Shown here piece by piece: positions 38,456 through 45,217 of a stretch of DNA of 64,000 bases. Made by a program: the position numbers and the translations under genes. The notes below the pieces were generated by a model, which saw only the letters and a list, made by a program, of their open reading frames with translations, was not told the origin of the DNA and ran no database searches. The stretch covers positions 3,475-67,474 of the forward strand of contig JBFMFO010000004.1 of assembly GCA_040754095.1 (NCBI GenBank). Reading direction: 5' to 3'. This DNA comes from Thermodesulfobacteriota bacterium (GTDB lineage Bacteria > Desulfobacterota > QYQD01). Position 1 is the first letter of the stretch; each line of letters starts with the position of its first letter.

Positions 38456-38763
38456 AACGGGGAGAAGTTCGCTGGTACAAGTTCCTCCATCCTGATAAAA
38501 AGCGTCCCGTGCTCATACTGACGCGAGATTCCATTCTTGACTATCTCGGTGAAGTCACCATAGCGCCTATTACTACCACCATCAGGGACATCCCAAGCGA
38601 GGTCTTTCTTTCTCGGCAAGACGGGCTGCCTCATGATTGCGCTGTGAACTGTGATCATATCCAAACTGTATCGAAAGGCAAGATAGGCTCACTCATCACA
38701 ACTCTCCCGGCAAACAAGATGATTGAAGCTGGACGTGCCATCGCATTCGCCCTGAATCTCTGA
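38452..38763 (+). CDS. MazF/PemK-family toxin
   Basis: 103 aa: RGEVRWYKFLHPDKKRPVLILTRDSILDYLGEVTIAPITTT. Confidence 0.7.
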   Translation: MKRGEVRWYKFLHPDKKRPVLILTRDSILDYLGEVTIAPITTTIRDIPSEVFLSRQDGLPHDCAVNCDHIQTVSKGKIGSLITTLPANKMIEAGRAIAFALNL

Positions 38764-38790
38764 ATAGGAGAAGGGCTGTCCATCGCTTTA

Positions 38791-38945
38791 TAACTCCGAT
38801 TTATATGCCCCGTGCGGGAGCACGGGGAACCATATGCTGGGGGTCGAGGGGGGCGCTAAGCATCCCCTTGTCAAGGGCGGGGTTAATGCCCCGCCCGCGA
38901 AGACGAGTTGAGCGAGCGCATTGTGCGAGCTCGACGAGTTTACTT
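38791..38945. repeat. Q1: 155-bp structured repeat, identical to 42468-42622
   Basis: Contains hairpins CCCCGTGCGGGAGCACGGGG and GGGCGGGGTTAATGCCCCGCCC. Letter-for-letter identical to the second copy. Confidence 0.8.
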
Positions 38946-39028
38946 TAAGGCATTTTCTCTCATTTACTCTTCAGTTCCTCGATCCACTCCGGCGGGACTC
39001 CGGCGCGGTAGGCATCCCGGTAGCCCCT

Positions 39029-39156
39029 ACCTGTGGGAAGGATACCAGAAGGCCCTCAAGGCCGAAAAGACATCCCCTGCCAGGTAGGGAAGTGCAAGCG
39101 GTACGGGGTATGCTGATACACAAAATGGCAAAGCGCATTAACCGTGAGGTTAAGAC
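39029..39156 (+). repeat. R2: degenerate copy of the radical SAM 3' end (~88% identical, 1-nt deletion)
   Basis: ACCTGTGGGAAGGATACCAGAAGGCCCTCAAGGCCGAAAAGACATCCCCTGCCAGG...GCGCATTAACCGTGAGGTTAAGAC. Confidence 0.75.
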
Positions 39157-39303
39157 CTCCCAGCAGAATAAACGGATTACAGCCGACGTAATAAGTATCC
39201 GCCCGACTAATAGAAGACACGTAGTTTACTTAATTAAGGATGTTCCATTTTCTTCCCCCAAAAACTACTTTCTGAGTATCAGTTTAGCTGGTTGAAAAAG
39301 TAT

Positions 39304-39400
39304 TTTAAAATCCCTCCCAACCTCCCTTTTCCAAAGGGAGGAGAAACACCTCCCCCCTTGAAAAAGGGGGATTAAGGGGGATTTTTGAGGCGCCGTTTTT
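39304..39400. repeat. MITE-like nested palindromic element, copy B
   Basis: TTTTAAAATCCCTCCC...CCTCCCTTTTCCAAAGGGAGGAG...CCTCCCCCCTTGAAAAAGGGGGATTAAGGGGGATTTTTGA. Confidence 0.7.
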
Positions 39401-39477
39401 TGGACGACCAGCTCTTTTCAAACAGCTAAAGTGTTACCTTTCTGAAAATATAAAAAATATCCGTTGAAATAGCATGA

Positions 39478-39792
39478 ATGCCGTGCTATTATGTATATGT
39501 GATTCAGGCATTCAAGAATAAAGGGACAGAGGATATTTTTAATGGTAAAAATACAAAAGAAGCCAGAAAAGTATGTCCTCGATCACTATGGCAAGTCGCC
39601 TCAAGAAAACTGGATCAACTCGATTCTGTTCAATTCTTGGATGAGTTACGTATTCCACCTGGAAACAAGCTTGAGGCTTTATCAGGAAACAGAGAAGGGG
39701 AATATAGTATTCGCATAAATGACCAGTATCGGATTTGTTTCAAGTGGACAGAGGCTGGTCCCGATGTAGTTGGAATTACTGATTACCACTAA
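39478..39792 (+). CDS. higB: HigB-type toxin (RelE/ParE superfamily)
   Basis: ...IQAFKNKGTEDIFNG...LEALSGNREGEYSIRINDQYRICFKW. The real start may be in-frame GTG 39499. A TTGAAA-17-TATTAT promoter with an ATAGCA/TGCTAT IR sits upstream. Confidence 0.75.
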   Translation: MPCYYVYVIQAFKNKGTEDIFNGKNTKEARKVCPRSLWQVASRKLDQLDSVQFLDELRIPPGNKLEALSGNREGEYSIRINDQYRICFKWTEAGPDVVGITDYH

Positions 39793-39814
39793 TTTTTTAA
39801 AAAAGGGGATAGAA

Positions 39815-40144
39815 ATGGTTCGTGTACGTGTACCTACACACAGGGAGCCAACGCATCCTGGTGAAATGTTACTTGAAGAGTTCTTGATTCCCATGGGTAT
39901 TACTCAAAGGGAATTAGCAAATGCTATTCATGTTCCCTACCAGCGTGTCAATGAAATAATTAATAAGCGGCGGGGAATAACACCAAGTACAGCATTACGC
40001 CTTGCTAGATTTTTTGGCATGTCAGAAGATTTCTGGATAAGTCTCCAATTGCGCTGGGATTTATTCAAAGCAAAACAAACAGAGATTAATGAATTGAAGG
40101 CTATCAAACCGTTCCCCTTAAGTCACCATGCTGCTCATTCATAA
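39815..40144 (+). CDS. higA: HigA-type HTH (XRE) antitoxin
   Basis: MVRVRVPTHREPTHPGEMLLEEFLIPMGITQRELANAIHVPYQRVNEIINKRRGITPSTALRLARFFG. ATG 39815 has an AAGGGGA RBS; the track ORF begins at 39770. Confidence 0.75.
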   Translation: MVRVRVPTHREPTHPGEMLLEEFLIPMGITQRELANAIHVPYQRVNEIINKRRGITPSTALRLARFFGMSEDFWISLQLRWDLFKAKQTEINELKAIKPFPLSHHAAHS

Positions 40145-40297
40145 ATTAATTGGGGATGAAAGGTACTGCTGTTGACAAATTACTGGGCATGGTTCAGTCT
40201 TCTGTCAGTCGGGCAGTAGCGCGCGGAGAAAGATTAACTCTCGACAGTCAATTAAATCTGGTCAAATGATAAATTGCATAAAAGCATGACCGTATTC

Positions 40298-40425
40298 CCT
40301 GTGGGAAGAATACCAGAAGGCCCTCAAGGCCGAAAAAACCATTCCCTGCCAGGCAGGAAAGTGTAGGCGGTGTGGGGCCTGCTAATACGCAAAACGGCAA
40401 AGCGCATTAACCGTGAGGTTAAGAC
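40298..40425 (+). repeat. R3: degenerate copy of the radical SAM 3' end
   Basis: CCTGTGGGAAGAATACCAGAAGGCCCTCAAGGCCGAAAAAACCATTCCCTGCCAGG...GGCAAAGCGCATTAACCGTGAGGTTAAGAC. Confidence 0.75.
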
Positions 40426-40611
40426 CCTATCAGGCGGGCGATAGATTGGCTGGAGAAACAAGTAAGCAGAAAAAACATAGTGAGAAACAACGTTAAATAC
40501 GACGGATTATAAAGTGCGTTTTGTGCACCGCTCACCGCTAACAGGTGGCGTCTTGGCGCGTGTGATGCACTACGTTTTGGGCTTTCCGCACTATTAGAGG
40601 AGGATTAAGGC

Positions 40612-41688
40612 ATGGTAACCAAGCTGAATATTAGTGGATTTAAGGGGTTTGAAAAGCTCGAATTGCCCCGATTGTCCAGGTTTACACTTCTGGGTGGACG
40701 AAATAACGTTGGAAAGACCTCTGTCCTCGAAGCTGTGTTTATGTTCTTCGACAGGCTTAACCCTCAAATGATTCTCCGCCAGTTTGATTGGCGCGGCGTG
40801 AACGCTGTATCACTAGAGCCTGACACTCTGTGGGCGCCGGTGTTTTTCAATTATGACCTCGGGAAGCCAATGGCTATTTGTGCAGTTATTGATGGTAGCG
40901 AAGAAAAAATGACCGTGAAATTCAATCCAAACTACGTTGAACCTGGGATACAGGCGAAGGCATCCGATTCGGGAATGAAACCTCTTCACGTGCGAACAGA
41001 CCAGAAGCCCATCCCTTCCTACGCTCTGGACATTGAATATAGAAGAAAACAAGAAAGGGTACAGGTATCGCACATGTTGATAGGACCGAGCGGAATCGGC
41101 TTACGAATCGACCATGCAAAGGTAAAACAGCGGGCTGCGGTTTTCCTTGTATCCAGAATGCATGTCAACCCATCGGAAGACGCCGAGCGGTTTGGCCAGC
41201 TTGACATTGTGGGACAACAGGACAGAATCCTTGAGTTTCTGCGACTGGTGGAACCCAAGCTGAAGAGCCTATCATCCATTGCTATGGGTGATACTTCGCT
41301 GATCCATGGGGATATTGGTCTATCAAGAAAAATCCCCGTATCCTACATGGGGGAAGGTGTCTCTCGGCTGCTTTCGATTATTCTGGCCATAGCCACCTCA
41401 AAAAATGGCGTCGTACTTATCGATGAGTGCGAGAATGGCATCCATTATTCGATTATGTCCAAAGTTTGGGAAGCCATAGGGAAAGCGGCCCGGGAATTCG
41501 ATTGTCAGGTAATTGGAACAACACACAGTTACGAATGTCTTAGATCCGCCTACGAAGGGTTTGGCGGAGAGTTGAAACAGGATTTCAGCTACGTGCGTCT
41601 TGACAGAATAGACGATAACGTGGTGGCCAAAACGTTTGAGTATGAGCTGCTAAAAACTGCAATTGAGTCCGGGATGGAGGTACGCTGA
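40612..41688 (+). CDS. ABC-type (SMC/RecF/OLD-like, AAA_21/AAA_15-type) ATPase, candidate defence ATPase
   Basis: 358 aa: ISGFKGFEKLELP...LLGGRNNVGKTSVLEA (Walker A), VVLIDECENGIHYSIM (Walker B/D-loop), IGTTHS (H-loop). GGAGG RBS; 1-nt gap to the next gene. Confidence 0.7.
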   Translation: MVTKLNISGFKGFEKLELPRLSRFTLLGGRNNVGKTSVLEAVFMFFDRLNPQMILRQFDWRGVNAVSLEPDTLWAPVFFNYDLGKPMAICAVIDGSEEKMTVKFNPNYVEPGIQAKASDSGMKPLHVRTDQKPIPSYALDIEYRRKQERVQVSHMLIGPSGIGLRIDHAKVKQRAAVFLVSRMHVNPSEDAERFGQLDIVGQQDRILEFLRLVEPKLKSLSSIAMGDTSLIHGDIGLSRKIPVSYMGEGVSRLLSIILAIATSKNGVVLIDECENGIHYSIMSKVWEAIGKAAREFDCQVIGTTHSYECLRSAYEGFGGELKQDFSYVRLDRIDDNVVAKTFEYELLKTAIESGMEVR

Positions 41689-41690
41689 CT

Positions 41691-42329
41691 ATGGTACGAC
41701 CTCCTGTTCAGATAAAGGAAAAGAAACTATTACTGGTGGAAGGAACCGACGCCTTATACTTTGCTGTATGGGCATACCAGGCATTTGGTGCAACGGGAAT
41801 GCAGGTGTTGAACTTCGGCGGCAACACGGAACTTGGCTTGTATTTGAGATCGCTAACCCAGTTATCGGGTTACGAGGGTATAGAAGCAATAGCCATTGCG
41901 CGTGATGCCGAAAACGATCCGAAAGGGGCAATTGACAGTATTAGGAAAGCATTAAAGGCTTCCGGCCTTTCTGTCCCAAAAGTGCCCTTTCAATTCGAAG
42001 GCTCTTCTCCCAAAATAGCCTTTATGGTCTTCCCAGGGTTTTCCGTTGATCCGGACGGCAATGAGTATGTTGCACCGGGGACACTGGAAGACCTTTGTCT
42101 GGAAACACTCGAGGATACCAAAGTTCTGAGTTGTGTTGACCAGTATATCTCTTGCCTGGAAACCGCGGGAGAACCGGTTAGATGTCTTCACAAATCGAGA
42201 CTTCACGCCTATCTCGCCGGTAAAAGCAATTTCGTGGGCCTGAAGATCGGCGAAGCGGCTAAGGCTGGCGCCTGGAATTGGCAACACCCCGGGCTGGAAC
42301 CGTTCAAACGCATTATTTTGGGCATGTAG
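41691..42329 (+). CDS. small Toprim-like partner protein, possibly DUF4276/DUF4435-like; putative nuclease effector
   Basis: 212 aa: KKLLLVEGTDALYF (conserved Glu in strand 1) and IAIARDAENDPKG (acidic D..E.D motif) suggest a Toprim-like fold. Translationally coupled to the ATPase gene. Confidence 0.5.
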   Translation: MVRPPVQIKEKKLLLVEGTDALYFAVWAYQAFGATGMQVLNFGGNTELGLYLRSLTQLSGYEGIEAIAIARDAENDPKGAIDSIRKALKASGLSVPKVPFQFEGSSPKIAFMVFPGFSVDPDGNEYVAPGTLEDLCLETLEDTKVLSCVDQYISCLETAGEPVRCLHKSRLHAYLAGKSNFVGLKIGEAAKAGAWNWQHPGLEPFKRIILGM

Positions 42330-42467
42330 TATATGGAGAGTGGGCCGCCCTTAAGATTCTAAGTTGACAATGTATTAGGAGGAAAGACAAGGGGGCAGGG
42401 CTACACGGGCTGTTGCCCAAAGCAATTTTATGGTACTCCGCTACCATATCGCATCATAGTGGAAACT

Positions 42468-42622
42468 TAACTCCGATTTATATGCCCCGTGCGGGAGCAC
42501 GGGGAACCATATGCTGGGGGTCGAGGGGGGCGCTAAGCATCCCCTTGTCAAGGGCGGGGTTAATGCCCCGCCCGCGAAGACGAGTTGAGCGAGCGCATTG
42601 TGCGAGCTCGACGAGTTTACTT
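42468..42622. repeat. Q2: 155-bp structured repeat identical to Q1, nested between 17-bp perfect inverted repeats (42405-42421 and 42679-42695)
   Basis: Flanking IR ACGGGCTGTTGCCCAAA / TTTGGGCAACAGCCCGT seen directly in the sequence. Confidence 0.8.
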
Positions 42623-42927
42623 CTTGATTTTGTTGAATGCAGGTCTTGACTGGATTGTTAATTTTCACCAAATTTGGATTTGGGCAACAGCCCGTACACA
42701 TTAAAACTGCACGCGTGATTCAGGATTTCCCGGCATGTAAAACTGCTAGGCATGTTCAGCACGGACGGCCCCTTCTTTCTCACCCCCAAAAAGACTCCCT
42801 GGAATAGATCAAGACAGGAGAAAATTAATTTATCCCCTTTATGTTGAGGTGTGGGGCATTGTTGCGTCTTTCGCTTTTCCGTATTAGGTTGAACAGAATG
42901 ATATAAGGAAAAGGTGGTAATATTTGT

Positions 42928-43752
42928 ATGCCCACGAAACACAAGCGATTTAAACTCATTCTGGAGTACGATGGCGGCCGTTACAGTGGCTGGCAGAAGC
43001 AGAAGGATACAAAAACCATCCAAGGGAGTCTCTTGCGGTGCGCAGGCGAACTTTTCGGGGAGCAGGTGGATATTCAGGGCAACGGGCGCACCGATGCCGG
43101 CGTCCATGCCTTGGAGTACGTTGCCCACCTGGAGGCAGCGACCGATCTCGGCCCGCAGGAGATCGTCCGGCGGCTCAATGACATTCTACCCCAGGATATA
43201 AATGTCCTGAAAGTGGAAAGGGCGGGATCCCAGTTCCATGCCCGTCATGATTGCGTGGGACGCAGTTACCTGTATCAGATTGCCAAGCGTAAAACCGTCT
43301 TCCGCAGGCATTACGCCTGGTGGGTGAAAGACCCCCTCAAGGTGCCGGTCATGCGGGAGGCGTCAGCCTTACTGACCGGGATGAATGACTTTTCCTCCTT
43401 TACAGACCGCCAGGCCATCAAGAAAAAATCTCCTTTGGTTATGGTCAACAATACGTTGCTGCACGAAACTGACGACATCATCCTTTTCCGTATTGTCGGC
43501 TCCCATTTCCTCTGGAAGATGATCCGCCGGATCGTCGGCGTGCTGGTTGCCGTGGGGAATGGCAGCCTCAGTGTTGATGAGGTACGGCGTTTTCTTGTGG
43601 AGCCGGTGAACTTGAACCGTTTTACTGCCCCAGCCCACGGCCTCTTCTTTGAACGTGCCTTTTACAACGATGAAGAGCTAAAAGGATTTATCAGTTCGGA
43701 AGAAATCCCGCCCGCTCCTACGCACCAGGTGCAGGCCCAACCCCTGACGTAG
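42928..43752 (+). CDS. truA: tRNA pseudouridine(38-40) synthase TruA
   Basis: 274 aa: LILEYDGGRYSGWQKQ and GRTDAGVHA catalytic Asp motif. Confidence 0.9.
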   Translation: MPTKHKRFKLILEYDGGRYSGWQKQKDTKTIQGSLLRCAGELFGEQVDIQGNGRTDAGVHALEYVAHLEAATDLGPQEIVRRLNDILPQDINVLKVERAGSQFHARHDCVGRSYLYQIAKRKTVFRRHYAWWVKDPLKVPVMREASALLTGMNDFSSFTDRQAIKKKSPLVMVNNTLLHETDDIILFRIVGSHFLWKMIRRIVGVLVAVGNGSLSVDEVRRFLVEPVNLNRFTAPAHGLFFERAFYNDEELKGFISSEEIPPAPTHQVQAQPLT

Positions 43753-44045
43753 GCGGTGTGATAATGGCAGTTAAGACAAGACCCTGTGCCGCCATAATGG
43801 GAATTGTGGTTATGGCAGGCGGGGCAAAGGTCTCTGGAATGTGGGGCGCTCCAACTCGCTACAGTGATCCCGTTGACTGATTTTCGGAGAAGATAAGGTC
43901 TGGGCGACCCATGCGGTTCATGACAGTCGGTACAACAGAGGATGAAATTAATGTAATTGGCCGCATGGTAAGGGTCTTTCAGGCTGCCCCAGTTGGAACA
44001 GTTTGGCTCTGCACATCCGCATCCCTGGCCGGTGTTTCCGTCCAC
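43662..44045 (-). pseudogene. truncated multiheme cytochrome c fragment, paralog of the C-terminus of 49346-50599
   Basis: GSLKDPYHAANYINFILCCTDCHEPHG...CPACHNHNSHYGGTGSCLNCHYH versus GSIKDPYHAANYINFILSCTDCHEPHG...CKSCHVHIGHCGGPGSCLTCHFHN. No signal peptide or N-terminal hemes; overlaps the truA 3' end by 90 nt. Confidence 0.5.
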
Positions 44046-44184
44046 ACCAAAACAGCGGGTGATGGAGCCGTGATAATACTTGTGATCAGATGGGAAATAA
44101 TCGCGCCGGGGTCAAGTTCTTGTGGGCTTGCGCCGTAAAGTATAGGTGAATATACATCCTTAGTTGAAAGGAGTGTCGGGCACT

Positions 44185-45123
44185 ATGGGAAGTTTTATGA
44201 GGTATGGCATTTTATCTTTCTTTTTTCTTTTGGTTCTATGTTGTTACAGCGCCCCGTGTCTCGCTTTTGATCAAAATGCAGGTGGTAAAGAGTGCCACCT
44301 GACCATACTGTACTCGGGCAATACATGGGGGCATGTAAAGCCCTGTCCGGGTTGAGGCGACAGGATGCTGGGCGGTCTGGCCCGGCGGTCAGGGGCTATA
44401 GGGCAGATAAGGGGGCGCAGCAATTGTGTCTTATTGCTCGATGCCGGCGACAGCCTCTTTGGAAGGTGTAAGTATTCCCCATGTGAGTTGCCGTTGGCCC
44501 GGGAAAGGGCGGAGTTCATCTTAAAAAGCTACCTGGACATGGGTTATCATGCGATAAATATTGGTCTTGAAGACTGGGAGGATGGCGATTTTCTCATGAC
44601 CAGAATAAAGGGGGAAAAGTACCCTTTTGTAGCCGCAAATTTAAAAGGCGCTGATCCGGCTCTAACTTTGCCTCCATCCTTCGCTGTCATAGATGTTTGT
44701 GGGTGTAAGGTAGGTATCCTTGGCCTTATGAACGATCGAAGAGGACACGTTGAGGGACATCCGGATATTATAGTAAGTGATGCCAAGATCGTGATTAGGG
44801 ACATTGTTCCCGGGTTGAAAAAGGAGTGTTCCCTTGTGGTGATGCTGTCTAATCTGGGGACCAGGACAGATACGAAGCTTGCTGAAGAGGTTGACGGCCT
44901 GGACATCATCATTGAAAGCGGAAGCGGCGCTTTATGCAAGCCCTGGAAGATAAACAATACCTACATATGTTCTCCTAAGCCGGAAGGCCACTGGCTGGGC
45001 CGCCTTGACGTAATCGTGACCCCGGGCGGTGAGATCAAACAGATCAGCCATCAAATATTGATACTCGATGAGAGCATTCCGGAAGATGAAAGGATGCGCA
45101 AAGAAATAGAAAATAGGTTTTAG
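44185..45123 (+). CDS. secreted 5'-nucleotidase/metallophosphoesterase-like protein with in-frame TGA (44353-44355); either a selenoprotein (CPG-U) or a pseudogene
   Basis: Signal peptide MGSFMRYGILSFFFLLVLCCYSAPCLA. HLTILYSGNTWGHVKPCPG-TGA-GDRMLGGLARRSG...LLLDAGDSLFG aligns to the 5'-NT N-domain. Both track ORFs (44164-44355 and 44365-45123) are in the same frame. Confidence 0.5.
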
Positions 45124-45217
45124 CTGTGGAGCAATCGGAATGTGTTTTATCAGAATAAGAGCTGGTTATTACCGGGGTAAGGTCCCAATAACATGTAAAG
45201 GATTCGTGAGCGTTGGT

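Noticed and set aside
38921-39295. 124-aa ORF between the first TA pair and higBA
   Set aside because: Its sequence is a patchwork of the Q repeat end, a fragment homologous to the DUF4124 gene 3' end, the degenerate rSAM 3' end (R2) and the MITE copy. It is a recombination scar, not a gene.
38010-42700. Possible CRISPR array or integron attC array
   Set aside because: The repeats are 130-155 bp, few, and irregularly spaced with gene-sized spacers. They are homologous to a gene 3' end rather than short 28-37-bp units with uniform spacers. No cas genes, no intI and no attC-like imperfect palindromes of the canonical type are visible.
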